Source: Lytechinus pictus
Taxonomy: Eukaryota
Length of the DNA: 60,000 nt
NCBI RefSeq assembly: GCF_037042905.1
Contig: NC_087246.1
Span: 2,978,001-3,038,000 of the forward strand
Reading direction: 5' to 3'
Made by a program: the position numbers and the translations under genes. Shown piece after piece: positions 39,211 through 51,758 of this stretch (the stretch's first letter is position 1; each line of letters opens with the position of its first letter). Below the pieces are notes generated by a model. That model was not told the origin of the DNA. It ran no database searches and saw nothing but the letters and a program-made list of their open reading frames with translations.

Positions 39211-40294
39211 CAGTCAGACCGCAGGTCCCTATGCTAATGAGCAAAAAGGCCAGATTCATCCAAATCATCTCGTGGCTGATACCTCCTCCTTGCAAAACCT
39301 CGTGATTCGTGAGATTTTCTTTCTCTAAGAATTTACATGTTTTAACCTCAAGTTAAATGAAATATTATTGCACCATCAGATAGAGTAAAAGTTACTCTTT
39401 CATATTGGTAATTTATTTTGTATACAATATTTTGTTAAATAAGTAAATTTCTGGCCTGAAAATGTGCCTCAAAACTGAATTTTCTTCCTCTGTTTTCTTT
39501 TGCAAATTGTGCAAAACTTTTTATTTTGAGCCTCAATGATATTTATATCAACATAAAGCTGAACTTCTGTACTTTCTCACAATGCCACTCTTGATATGCA
39601 GCACCTTTTAATCGGGTCAAGATCACACTTTTCCCACCAAGGTACAAGACGAGATTTTTGAAATTTTGTACTTGCATGAAATCCAGAGTTCTGATTGGCT
39701 GGATAAGATTCACAGAACAACAGGCGCGGGGTATTTGAGGAGATTACCACATGGGAAGTGTGACCTTCCCACGAACCCAGGCACTGGAACCGTTGGAATT
39801 TGCCAGTGTGCGGTCTCTTTGACCAATCAGAGTGCAGTATTCTTGTTTTCAAGCTGCTTTATGTACTTGGCAAATGAAAAGTGTGATCTTGACCCGATTA
39901 AACCAATTCTTATTTTGAAACCTATATCATTTCAAAGCATACATATTCAGCTTTATCATGATATACAAATCATTTGGGCTCAAACAAAAATAAAGTGTGA
40001 AAATAGCAGCTTTTGTCAGGTGAAAATATTTATTTTGTAGCATATTTTAGATCAAAATTTTAACCTATATTACAAAATCTTTGAATAAATCCAAACACAT
40101 GACCTGAAAGAATGATTCTTCTTCTTTACAATGGTACCAAATTCATGAAATTCGATGCACAATTAGAGCAGCAATGACCGAATGAAAAGAGGTGTTTTGG
40201 TCCGCATCAAGCTCATTAAATATGCAAAACATCTCAAGTCATGAATATCACTTGGATGAAAGAAGCCACTTTCTTGGGACCTGCAGTCTGACTG
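39211..40294. mobile_element. TIR element with 4 bp TSD (Academ- or Sola-like)
   Basis: TTTA|CAGTCAGACCGCAGGTCCC ... GGGACCTGCAGTCTGACTG|TTTA. Confidence 0.8.
39607..39902. mobile_element. MITE with 27 bp TIR TTTAATCGGGTCAAGATCACACTTTTC
   Basis: Perfect inverted ends; innermost layer of the nest. Confidence 0.8.
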
Positions 40295-41857
40295 TTTACT
40301 CAGACTTTTGTTGATCTTATTCTTTGATTTTTCTGCTTTCACAAAAGCTAACTTGCTCCAAGAGTTTCATTCTCCTTTAACTACACAGTCTATGGCAGAG
40401 AAATGCTTTAAAATTGACCTACTTTCATTCTTCTTTTTTGCAGCCAATAATTTGATTTTTTTCAAAAATGATACATTTCTGTCAGTCTGAAGGTCATTTC
40501 TCTTCAAATTCACAAAGAAAATGTGATATTTTCTTGAAATAAGAAAAATAATTTTTTTCTCCAGACACCCTATTTATGGTTCTGCATCAGAAAATAATTT
40601 CAAGTTAAAACTTTGCAACATCCCGAGTAAAACACTCCGGGGGGGGGGGGGGGCAGTCAAATATATTGTTGTACACATGCATTTGTTACACATGCATGCA
40701 CATGCATTCGTTAAGTGTATAAAAAACACAGATTTTCAAAGAAAAGGGTGGTTTTGAAAGACTGGTCAACGGTCAATCGTATTTAGGGTATGTTTATTTT
40801 TCCAAACATGTTTTAGGGTATTTTTTTCCCCCGGGGTCATATCCTGGCAAGAACTTGTTAAGGGGCCAAAATGTGTAAATAAAGCCCCCGAAAAATTGTT
40901 TAGGGGTTGTTTTGCACAGAGAAAAACTTGTTAGGGGTGTTTGGAAATAATTTGGTCACGCATGTGTTCAGCAATACATTTCACAAAATATTGTGTCTGA
41001 AATGATTGAATTAATGAAAAGTGTTCAGTATTACGACCCTTTGAGTCTGACATGTCTGCTTCCTTAAAAATTAGCTTTAGATTAAAAATGAATTTCTTTT
41101 CAATTCCACAAATAATGTCGGGTGATTATATTCCCTGTTAAATATTATGAGTAAGTCTGCCAAAAGTTTCTTGAAAAACTTTGAGAGAAATGTATGCTCC
41201 ATGATTTTCTTTGAAAAAACACCAGTCATTTTTAGATTGCATGAAAATATGGTGCCCCATGTCTGCACACTCTTTTGCTTTGCACACAATTCAGGGATTT
41301 TTTTTTTATAGTACCAGGTATTAGTAAATATATGTCAGTATGTAAGTATATGTAAATCAGGTCATCTTTTATTAGAATCGTGCAGATACGCATCAGATTT
41401 GCAGACTTAGGCTGTTAGGCACTTTACCTACAGAGTACAGACCACCTTTTTCTGCATCATCTAATGTCAGACTGAAAAGCTTCAGTCTCTGTTTCATTGG
41501 TTGACCTCAAATAGAGTCATAGAAAAAACAACTTCAGCCTTGTCGAAATACCCCCATGCCCCAAAATTAATAATTCAATTTTTCCCTGAAAGGGGAATCC
41601 AAACTGGTGATAAAAATAAGTGAAACAGAGTGGTGAAAGTTGAAAGTTTTATGGCTGTTTTAAATTGAGATCCCTAAGACTGTTCTTTCCCATAGGCCAT
41701 GTATTTAATTATCAAGGATTGACACGTCCGTTCTCATTTAAGTCCTTTATTATAAAGGACTTAAATGAGAACGGACATGTTATAATTATACATTACCTAA
41801 TTGAGTAATTAATAATACATTACCAAATTGAGTAATTACATTTTTTTTCTCCCGCAG

Positions 41858-41967
41858 CTCAGCGCAAGGCTGGCAAGAAGGGCCCAGCTCAGCGAGAATC
41901 TGCTGCTAAGGTTGAGGCCCGAGCTGAGGCTAAGGCAAAGGCCAAGGCTAAACAAGATGCACTCAAG
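41858..41967 (+). CDS. RPL23A: RPL23A exon 2 (Ala/Lys-rich: AQRKAGKKGPAQRESAAKVEARAEAKAKAKAKQDALK)
   Basis: Polypyrimidine tract plus cgcag| acceptor, AAG|gtaatt donor, 110 nt; frame joins exons 1 and 3. Confidence 0.88.
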
Positions 41968-42939
41968 GTAATTTGGCTTCTTTAAAGGGTCAGATATAAA
42001 AGAATGATTTGAATAAATATTGGTTGGACTTTCCCTGTCAGATTTGGGTGGAAAGAGGGTACAGAGTTGTAGCCTGTCTTAAGCTTTGATAATGGGTCAG
42101 TTTTGTGAGTTATAATCAATTACCACCTACCATTCCAATGAGAGCTTATAGTCATTAATGTTTTGTTTTTTTTAGACATGAAAAAACTGGCCATTACGTT
42201 TAACCTTTGTGCAATAGGGGAAAAAAAAAAAACACCTAAGATTAGCCAAGTATTTCCGAAAATATCATACTGTTTTTAAAGTGAGTTTAGAATGTATATT
42301 TCACTAATAATTCTAATGAAAATGAAGTGGATAAATGTTAGATTTCCATCCCAAAATATGATTGAATTTGTCAAGTCTATGTAGATCTAACATGATCTAC
42401 CATTACACCATTTGAGCATGTTGGGACAAAGCAACATGGTCTGGATTGTTTTGCAAACATCCTGTCATGTAAATGCAGATAAGTGAGAATTGCATGTCAA
42501 TATTTCCCAATTTAGTGACAGTTGGTGAACATATTAAGTTACCCAAATAGCGAAAAAAAATCAGCTAAAACATCACTTAAAATCAATTGTTTCATGCAGC
42601 AGCCATCTTAGAATGTGGCATCTCAATCATTCAATCAAATTTTCATGACAGGATGTAAGTACATGTAGGACAATCTAAACCATTTAGCTTTGTCCCCACA
42701 TACTTTGTCTCAAGGCCTAATTACAATTTAACGAAAGTGTAGTGGTCATTGACTGTTTTTACAATACACACTTCAAATGTGACATTGTTATAGGCTTTAC
42801 CCTTTAAAATTCTAATCTAGCCTCGAGCTTCAAGAAAATGTAACGCAAAGTGTTGGGGTTTATCTGAGTGCTCCACTAAGTTACATGTTGTACGGGTATG
42901 CTCCACTTAAAATATTACACACCTCTTTCCTATTCAAAG

Positions 42940-43079
42940 ACCAAGAAAGCTGCCCTTCGTGGAACCCATGCAACTCGCAAGAGGAAAATTCGCACCAAGG
43001 TGACATTCCGTCGTCCCAAGACCTTCAAGGCTCCTCGCCAACCCAAGTACCCAAGAAAGAGTATTCCCAGGAGACCAAG
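42940..43079 (+). CDS. RPL23A: RPL23A exon 3 (TKKAALRG...[31 protein letters not shown])
   Basis: L23eN-domain motif; aag| acceptor, AG|gtaaca donor, 140 nt. Confidence 0.95.
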
Positions 43080-44227
43080 GTAACAACTTCTCATTGAAAT
43101 TGTCAATGAAATTCTGTATTCAGGAGGACGAAGAGAAAAGGGGTAATGAAGGAAAGGAAAGGAAAGGAAAAGAAAAACTAGAAGTGCAATTGTATGTGAA
43201 TGATGTGGGAATGAGATGAGATGAAGATATATATTTTTTTTCTTTTACTGACTAAAAGCAATTGTTTTCATGTATGACTGAAATAGTATCACTGACGGTT
43301 TCCAGATCAACTCTGGCATTGATTTTATTTGTTTTATTGGATTATTTGTTTATAAAATCATGAATATTGAACACAAAAAGCACCAAAAACGGATACGGGA
43401 CACTCAAGTTATTACAAAAATGCACTCAGACATGCCCATATTTGGCACATTTGGGGCCATGCCCACCCAGAAAAGATTTTTTGGCGGCACCTCATTTTTT
43501 GGCCAATTTCAATAAAAATGGTACCAAAATGCTCAGGAGATGATACTTCATCAAATGAGCTGGTGCCCTAAGGGATTTGAAACAGCACCCTTTTATGACC
43601 CCTGTATAGCCCACCTGTATTAGAAAAGTGAACTCACCGACTCTATCATGATGTGATCCGTCATTAAAAATTGAAACAATATACAAATGTTTCACATCAA
43701 GCTCTAAATTCATATTAATAATTATCATATGCTAATTATTATTGAAGCAAGGTTTATTTTATGTTGATCGCGTCATAATTCTCTGGTTTGCGCGCATATG
43801 CGATTGATGACGAATTCAAATCATGAATTCATCACATCGTGCATAAATTATCTCAGCTAGCACGAACAGACGAGTAAAGACTCTAGGATCGAAATTAACT
43901 TCAAATTAATGGCGAATAGGCATCACAATTACACAATCAGTTTGATTTGGGGGGAATATGAATCAAGTAAGTTAGCAGTTTAGTTAGACATTACTGTTTA
44001 TTTTGATGATTGTGTGTACCAAACGAAACGGCCGTATTTCTTCACACTCATTCTTTTTTGATGCACTGATTTTGCAAAATCCGGCGCTCGATGACATCGA
44101 TATAACACTGATTTTAAAATCGATTCGAGTCAGGCTTACTTTTAAGTGATATTTCTGTTTAAATAATTTGTTCTTTCAGAATAAGCTCATTGACTATTTG
44201 TTTTCATTATTTTCTTTCATTTCTTAG

Positions 44228-44474
44228 ACTTGACCAGTACAGCACGATCAAGTTTCCCCTGACGACAGAAAGCGCCATGAAGAAGATTGAGGAGAACAAC
44301 ACCTTGGTCTTTATTGTTGCCCTGAAGGCAAACAAATTCACCATCAAGACCGCCGTAAAGAAGCTCTATGACATCGATGTGGCAAAGGTCAACACACTCA
44401 TCAGGCCAGATGGACAGAAGAAGGCCTACGTCAGGCTAGCTCCAGACTATGATGCCTTAGATGTCGCCAACAAG
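44228..44474 (+). CDS. RPL23A: RPL23A exon 4 ([30 protein letters not shown]...[19 protein letters not shown])
   Basis: Highly conserved uL23 core with KKAYVRL; cttag| acceptor, AAG|gtgagt donor, 247 nt. Confidence 0.98.
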
Positions 44475-45036
44475 GTGAGTAACAAAGTTGAATATATATT
44501 CCAGCTGCTGTAACTAATTATTCTGTAAAGAATTCAATAAGATGACCATCCAAGTGTTTTATGTAGTGCAAGCAAAAGAAAAATCATATGCCAAATGATA
44601 CTGGTCTTTTTTCCAAGAAGCAATGATTCACATACCAAGATGTGCTCATCTCTGTTCACAGTAATCATTCTACTTTTTTCCTTTCCAGGCTTGAATATAT
44701 TGTTTCACATAATGGTTTACGACTTTACGTAGTCTACATGTAGAGTGTTATTTATCTCAAAATTTACTAAATCAAAAGCTATGATAAAGTAACAATTACC
44801 ATGGATTATGAAAGCTTGAAAATATTGCTCACTGTCATTAATCTTAAAGCACACATGGAGGGGGGGGGGGCATAATTGCTGTTTACACAGTGTTATATAT
44901 TCTGTTGTATTATATGGGTATTAAGTTGGAGAGCTGGGGTGGTTAGATGTTAAGTTTCAACTCTCTTCTGTGTTAGAAAGCATTAAAGAAATACACCATT
45001 GACTATGTTTTTTATATGTTATGCTTCATTTTTCAG

Positions 45037-45051
45037 ATTGGTATTATCTAA
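45037..45051 (+). CDS. RPL23A: RPL23A exon 5 (IGII-stop)
   Basis: ttcag|ATT GGT ATT ATC TAA; canonical L23a C-terminus. Confidence 0.95.
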   Translation: MGII

Positions 45052-45118
45052 ACAGCCAGACCAGCCTCAGGTTTGTGATGGGAGACAGTAGCATTACGAT
45101 CATTGGCACTGTTAACAT

Positions 45119-45124
45119 AATAAA
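45119..45124 (+). terminator. Polyadenylation signal AATAAA of RPL23A
   Basis: AATAAA ~70 nt after the stop, followed by a GT/T-rich tract at ~45154-45180. Confidence 0.7.
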
Positions 45125-45360
45125 CAGTGTAAATAGGTAACAAAACAATCGACGTTGATTTGTGTTTTGATTTATTGTCCTGTTTACTTCATAGATTCTC
45201 TAATTTGTTATTTCTAACTGGATTGTGCATCATATTCATAGCACATTCGCTTTCCGAAGATCACATACCTAATTTTGTCTGCATTGGGAGGATGCACAAT
45301 TCATGAAGAAATAGATGATGATGATGATGATGAAGAAGAAGAATATGGTTATGATGATAT

Positions 45361-45549
45361 ATAAATAGTGTACAATCTGTTGTACAATATACTGGATCAT
45401 ATGTACGACAAATATAAAATTATCCCAAGTGCAGGTTTATTTCACCGAGGACAAAGGCAGAGGTCAAATAGATCTGCACAAGGGATAATTTTATATTTAG
45501 AATTCATGTAGTCCAGTAATATTGTATGATAGAACGTTCACTATTTATT
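45361..45549. repeat. ~190 bp imperfect hairpin element downstream of RPL23A
   Basis: ATAAATAGTG..AAATATAAAATTATCCC..GTGCAG pairs with CTGCAC..GGGATAATTTTATATTT..CACTATTTAT. Confidence 0.7.
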
Positions 45550-45965
45550 ATAGTAAATTATACAATGCCTACTTAGCTTGTTGTACGTGAGCAAATGGGA
45601 GGCTGAATGTCAAACATGCGTACCGTTGCACACATACCATCCAAAATGTACCTTGCATGGGGCAGGAAAAGGTGACATTACTATAAAAATTAAGATTCAA
45701 CGCAATGAATGCGCTTAGTAATACAAACGCGCAGGGCTTACTGGCTAAATGTGCATTACCATTAATCCATATTCTCCCCATTCATTTATCTTGGAGTTTT
45801 ACCCTCAAAAAATCGAAAGTTATATTGTACATACGTACAATATAACTTATTGAAGGGAGGTCACGTGGTACCAATCTAGCTAATTACGGCTCGTATTTTA
45901 CTACCACTATTTACTATAAATTAATATGTGTGATGTTGTAAAATTATGATGATGATGATAATTAA

Positions 45966-46568
45966 AGGACAAGTCCACTCCAACAAAAACTTGATTTGAA
46001 TAAAAAGAGAAAAATTCAACAAGCATAACACTGAAAATTTTATCAAAATCGGATGTAAAATAAGAAAGTTATGACATTTTAAAGTTTCGCTTCATTTCAC
46101 AAAACAGTTATATGCACATCTCGGTCGGTATGCAAATGAGGGAACTGATGACATCACTCACTCACTATTTCTTTTGTATTTTATTATATGAAATATGAAA
46201 TATTTTGATTTTCTCGTCATTGTCATGTGAAATGAAGTTTCATTCCTCCCTGAACACATGGAATTCCATTATTTTAACATTTTGTGCTTCAGGCAAGGAG
46301 GTCCTAATCGTCAAATTCGTAAAAATTGAAATATTGTATAATTCAAACAATAAAAAACAAAAGAAATAGTGAGTGAGTGATGTCATCAACTCTCTCATTT
46401 GGATGTAACTGGCTCGTTCATATAACTATTTTGTTGAAAATAAGCGAAACTTTGAAATGTCATAACTTTCTTATTTTACATCCGATTTTGATGAAATTTT
46501 CAGCATTCTGCTCGTCTGATTTTTCTCTATTGATTCAAATCAACATTTTTCTGAGGTGGACTTGACCT
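45966..46568. mobile_element. Intact Kolobok-like TTAA MITE family A
   Basis: TTAA|AGGACAAGTCCAC ... GTGGACTTGACCT|TTAA with long subterminal inverted repeats. Confidence 0.88.
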
Positions 46569-47000
46569 TTAAGGACGATGGTGAAGAGGATTGTGATGGT
46601 GATGATGAAGGTAATAGGGATGATGATGGTGATCATAATTATGATGGTTATGCTGATAATGATGATGAGAAATAGATGAGAGGGGAAAGAATGATTATAG
46701 TAGGCAGGTAGAAGAGGGGGAAAATTATTTGACTAAAGAGAGAAAATGTATTTTATACTTTTGTCAGAAAATTGTAATAGAGGGATGGTGTAATTCAAAG
46801 ACTTTTTATGGTAGCAATACTTTTACTAAATTCAGACAACTTTATAAAAAATGTTTGGTGGCAATTTACAGCATTTTGCTAGTTTGATTTTTGTCTATTT
46901 ATTCAAATCAACATTTTTGTGGGGTGGACTTGACCTTAAAAGTGTAAGCTTTTCAGTATTCCTTTACCCCACCCCCCCCCTTTGTTTTTTGTTTACTTTT

Positions 47001-47201
47001 GGGCAATTCCATAAAATATGTACGTCCGACTTCATATGTGGGACCTTCATGACAATTTTTTTCTCTGACTTGTTCATTTGGCAGTCTTGTAATGTTCTCA
47101 AAAGACCATGACTTGGTCAGTGCACAGTATGAAGTGAAGTAAGAATTGAGAAAAATAGGGATCAGACGTACAAAAAGGATGACTATTTGATGGAATAGCC
47201 C
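47001..47201. mobile_element. Small MITE, TIR GGGCAATTCCAT / ATGGAATAGCCC
   Basis: 12 bp TIR with one mismatch. Confidence 0.5.
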
Positions 47202-48876
47202 TTTTGTATTGCTACTTTGAGTACTCTGTACAAGTGACACCTGACATTGATTTTCTTCTTTTTCATATAAATTTTATCTATTTCATCACAGATGATAAAA
47301 ATACAATCTATATCACATGACAGTAAATATATAAATTTGTATTCAAATACACAATTGAGCCTCTAATCAGTGATAAAAGTATATAAATGAGCGAGAAAAA
47401 TTGTCGCAATTATAAAAATGTTTGACATTATGGTTCTATTTTTATTGCAGCCACTTGGCAAATACATTGCAATATCATAATGCCTTGCCTAAGCTGACAT
47501 TTTATTGCAAATACATGACAATATTTTGATTCACATAGATTCATGAATAATTAATGGGACAAAAAAATGCCAAAAAATATGTATATATCTCCCAAGTAAG
47601 CAAGGTAACATACATTGTCATACATTTGAAATAATCTTCCCATAATGTTTAGAGGTCAGTCACTCGCATTGTAAAGTTATTTCAATTGTATTTGATAGTC
47701 ATATGAACACCCAAAAAATAGTTAAGAAACTAAACAAGAGTTCATGATTATATTTTAAGCATTGCCATATGTACACCCTGATTGATTGGAAATTAATAGG
47801 TAATAGCTCCATGGATAAATGTTGTACATCACGTATATGAAATACAAATAGATACATTTGAATTATTCAGACACATTCCTCTTTGTACTCTATTTTCTAT
47901 GAGCTTGAATTTTTGCAGAGGTATTCATTTTTTAATGAATTCTGAACATCCATTATAAATTCAGTTTGTATATGTCTTACATCCAATATAAGTATGCTAA
48001 GAAAACAAATGTAAATTATTATGACTAACTGAGCTGAATATAATTAATAATGATGATGTATGCTAATATACAGTAGGCCTAATATACAGAATTCAGTACT
48101 GGTTAATCAACAAATAAATATCACAGATGGTCAGGCCTGCAGACCATCTGAATTGATTATCATTTAAATAATATTTTGCATGCACATGTTCATAAATATT
48201 TGCCTAGAAAGAACACCAAACTGGTTTATAAATATCGCCAACGGTCTCTAAATAATAGTTATATCATTCTAATGATTGCAAGAACAAAAATATTATTGCT
48301 TGTTAAAAAATACAGTCATGGTAGATTTGCACAGTCAATATATAATATATTACATTTATTTGGTCTGTTTAGGTAAGAAAAATAACATTACAGATAATAC
48401 AGGCAGCCTTTTTTGCAGCTCTTGAATACAATTATACATAGCAATCATTATGTTTGATTTGCAGCATGAATTTGTCATTCATTAAAACAGCATCCAATAG
48501 CTTGACTAATTGACAATGTTCATTTTGGCTTTGGAACATTCATATACAACTACCAAATGTTTTGTCGATGGACATGTCCCATTTCCAAATACTTCCTGGA
48601 AAAAAGTGATGCACTCTCTGATTGCCTTTTTGTTTAGGTTTCTTAAAAGCCAGAGTTAGTACCACACCTGCTTTAAAGAACTTCTGCTTTAGCCATAACT
48701 ATTTTTAAGTTTCCTGTCCAGAATGCAACATTCTAATTGTGCTATCTTATAATATATGCTCACCATTGATACCCTGCATTGCAGCTACAAATATGTCCTC
48801 CACATTTAAGGATAGGCCATATCCAGTATGAGCTGAATGTACCCAGGGTGAAAAGAATGATGTCTATTTATTATGT

Positions 48877-49184
48877 TTATAATCTCATATTGCCATTCAG
48901 AATGTTTTCATGTACCTCCGTATCCAACAAAACATACGTTTCTAGAGTTTGATCAAAGACAAAAATAGGTTCAGGCACCACTGTAGGGTCAAAACCATCC
49001 TGAACCAGTCCAGTTTTCTTTTGCTTAAAAGTAGCAGTGTGCTCCAGTTGTTTCATGATACGAATAAATCGTGGGCATGCATAGTTTGGCAGGAGAGAGG
49101 TGACATGTTTGTATGTAACAGCTGGACTAAAGTCTGATCCGGGGTTGAGTGATAAGGCAGCCATACCTGCTTTTCCGTAGTGAC
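48877..49184 (-). CDS. SLC27A/FATP terminal coding exon (GHYGKAGMAA...LPNYACPRFIRI...TATFKQKK...NMRL-stop)
   Basis: ttacag| acceptor, 308 nt to TAA; conserved FATP C-terminal motifs. Confidence 0.95.
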
Positions 49185-49491
49185 CTGTAAAGATAGATAA
49201 ATGAAGAGGAAAATAGCATTTTTTATTAGTGTTGACCAGAAAAGCCCATTGAGAAAAATCCTTTTGTGCCATTTAATACGCTTTGACCTGTATTAAGATT
49301 TTTTTTTTAATATATAATCTACTTTATTCAAAGAGGATGATAAAGAAGAAAGTGTATATCATTTCAATGTCACAAAGTCAAACATTCCTGCTCTATGGAA
49401 TTATGTAATGTGGGCGAGACTTGTTTTCTTTATTTGGTTAAGACATTTTGAGTTGTTTGATGAACAATAATTTAATTTGAAAGTTTGATAC

Positions 49492-49589
49492 CTGGTACAT
49501 TGACTCCATACACGCTGGATTCTATTATCTCGGGTAGTTCATTCAGAGTTTGGGAAACTTCAGTAGTAGCAACATTCTCTCCTTTCCAT
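49492..49589 (-). CDS. SLC27A/FATP exon ([13 protein letters not shown]...VYGVNVP)
   Basis: WKGENV motif; GT-AG junctions, 98 nt. Confidence 0.96.
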
Positions 49590-49947
49590 CTGTAGTTGGG
49601 AAAACATCAACAAAATTACTCTCTGATAATAAGATTTTATTTTCATAAACCCTCATAAAAGAATATTGTAATACAGAGGTTATAAAAAGACATTTTGTTT
49701 CACATTGAAAGCTGTTTATTTTATATTAAAATGAAAAGATATGTAAATTGTATGTTCATAACATAGTATTAGAGAAACACAAATCCCTAATAAAATGTGC
49801 TGTCTATACAATTATAAGTTTACAAGGAATGTAGAAATATATTATAAGAGAACATTTCCTCTACCTGAAATCTGAATTCTTAGGTTATTTTTTTTTATTT
49901 GATAAAAAGAAAATTAAAATAGAAATTTAATATAAATAAATGCTTAC

Positions 49948-50146
49948 CTAAATGTGTCTCCAATACGATCTTTGAAGTAGAGATTGTAGTTTTTATCCCG
50001 AATCAGTAGATCACCAGTGTTGAAGAAGACATCACCTTCTTTCCTGACATCTCGAATGAGTTTCTTCTCCATGAGTGACTTGCATCCAACATACCCATCA
50101 AGAGGGAATATTCGATTGACGGGGCAAACCAGAAGACCGGTTTCAC
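49948..50146 (-). CDS. SLC27A/FATP exon (GETGLLV...GDVFFNTGDLL...YFKDRIGDTFR)
   Basis: FATP/VLACS signature; GT-AG junctions, 199 nt. Confidence 0.96.
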
Positions 50147-50471
50147 CTGAAAGATGCAATAATAGTTTTCTCCAGTGATCAGCAAATTAGATATTTGACT
50201 TGAAGTATGTGCAGGCTCAAGTGTATTACTCAGCATCTCAATGATCTCGCTCAGTTATGGAAATTTACCTTTTCTGCTCTATAAAATCTGGGAAAGATGA
50301 AATAGGAGTCTTAGCTATCAGCACAATGTTTTCACTATATATAAAGAAGGGGAAAGAGTTGTGTAGATGAAACTACCATGATTATGTGCTCCGTTTCGTG
50401 ACAACTTATCAAAATAGTTTGATCTTTGAAAAGAAATTCTTCTGGAGGAGGGGGGGGCACCTATGACGTAC

Positions 50472-50562
50472 CTGGTCCAACTGGAATACACCTTCCCTTG
50501 TCATCTCGGATTGGTTGTGACGTTTCATAATCATATTGGATAAGCTCGATCTTGCACACTGC
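50472..50562 (-). CDS. SLC27A/FATP exon (AVCKIELIQYDYETSQPIRDDKGRCIPVGP)
   Basis: PIRDxxGxC motif; GT-AG junctions, 91 nt. Confidence 0.92.
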
Positions 50563-51235
50563 CTGCAATAAAAGTAATGAAAAGTTGCAATTTTTTTGTT
50601 TATAAGAAAAAACAATTATGTTGAAACTTGATTTCATCCATATTGCCTATAGCTGAGTGGAAATTGGTCGTCAGCTCTGCGGTTGATAATTGTACCCATA
50701 ACCCATTTTAGCACACTTTTCCTCTTTCACATGAATGCAGACTGAATGGTTTGTGCACGGAGCAGTGGAGCTATAAAACACAATAATAGCTGTATGGTTA
50801 ATGTGACAGATTATTGTTGCTCATGAGGTTAGAAATTTATCTAATGGGGGATTTTTGCTCTATTATTACCTCGATCATCCAGTTTAGATACATGGGAAGT
50901 GCGCTATTTAATTATTATTGATTGTTTTTAGAACCCTTGTTTTGTCTTGATTTTGTTTAGGACTTATAAAGTGTAGAATTTAGTTATTAATAAAAAGAAC
51001 ACTAGACCCTATATCTTAAATGAAAGAGGATACGGGCGGATGGCGTGGGTACATAGTTGCTGGAAGTGACCATTTACTGTATTTGATTCCAGTCGACAGT
51101 TCTGGATCTGGTCAAATGTTAGTCCTTCTCGCGCCTCGCATTCAAACTGAAATTCAGCAGATTTGGATCGTCTAATAACTTTGTAATCATGTTGTACCAG
51201 ACCAGTTCTTTCTCTTTTGGAATATCGATATATGG

Positions 51236-51542
51236 TACTGTAAATGCAAAAGAGCTAATCTGGTCCAGTATCACACTCCTCTCAGAGTGACTCGGACGCC
51301 CTCGGACGAGGGACCAATCATTTTCGAGTGGGATTTACATCTTTTGAGAGTGGATTTACATCTTTTGAGAGTGCATTATAGCTCCTTCTGGAGTGAACAC
51401 TGTCTATTTTTAGACGTTTTCTTAAAAAAAAAGGTAAATCCACTCTCAAAAAATGTAAATCCCACTCCAAAACACTGGCCCTTCGTCTCACTCTGAGATG
51501 AATGTGATTAGGGACCGAATTAGCTCTTTTGCATTTAGAGTG
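51236..51542. mobile_element. EnSpm/CACTA-like MITE in an FATP intron
   Basis: TAAATGCAAAAGAGCTAAT / ATTAGCTCTTTTGCATTTAGAGTG TIR; internal GTGGATTTAC repeats in both orientations. Confidence 0.7.
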
Positions 51543-51563
51543 AGAAACTGGTCATTCACCCAC

Positions 51564-51758
51564 CTGCAATATTGGGGGCCATCTTCCCACTGACCCGACA
51601 GTGTTGTCCAAGTTCATAAGTCCAAAGTTTGCCTCGGTTGCTCCATATAGTTCAACGATTCGTTCAATTCGGAAACGATTGCAGATCTCTTCCCAGATGT
51701 CCGCTCCTAACCCATTCCCGATGGCCAAGCGAACCTTATTGACAGCATCCAGATCATT
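51564..51758 (-). CDS. SLC27A/FATP exon (NKVRLAIGNGLGADIW...ELYGATEAN...VGSVGR)
   Basis: GNGL and YGATE motifs; GT-AG junctions, 195 nt. Confidence 0.95.

Larger units (their letters stand above)
38714..40376. mobile_element. Kolobok-like TTAA element (AGGAGAATGAAAC..GTTTCATTCTCCT), interrupted
   Basis: TTAA TSD; the left ~380 bp match the arms of the 33131-33917 palindrome. Confidence 0.85.
38223..40572. mobile_element. hAT-like element in RPL23A intron 1 (outer layer of a nest)
   Basis: TAGGGTGTCTG ... CAGACACCCTA; TTATGGT repeated at both flanks. Confidence 0.6.

Noticed and set aside
37516..45036. Intronic snoRNAs (human RPL23A hosts SNORD42A/B and SNORD4A/B)
   Set aside because: C/D-like pairs (e.g. 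ATGATGA ~38056 with CTGA ~38137) lack a terminal stem or a recognisable rRNA-complementary guide. An H/ACA-like fold at ~42791-42888 is weak. An Infernal/Rfam or snoscan search is needed.
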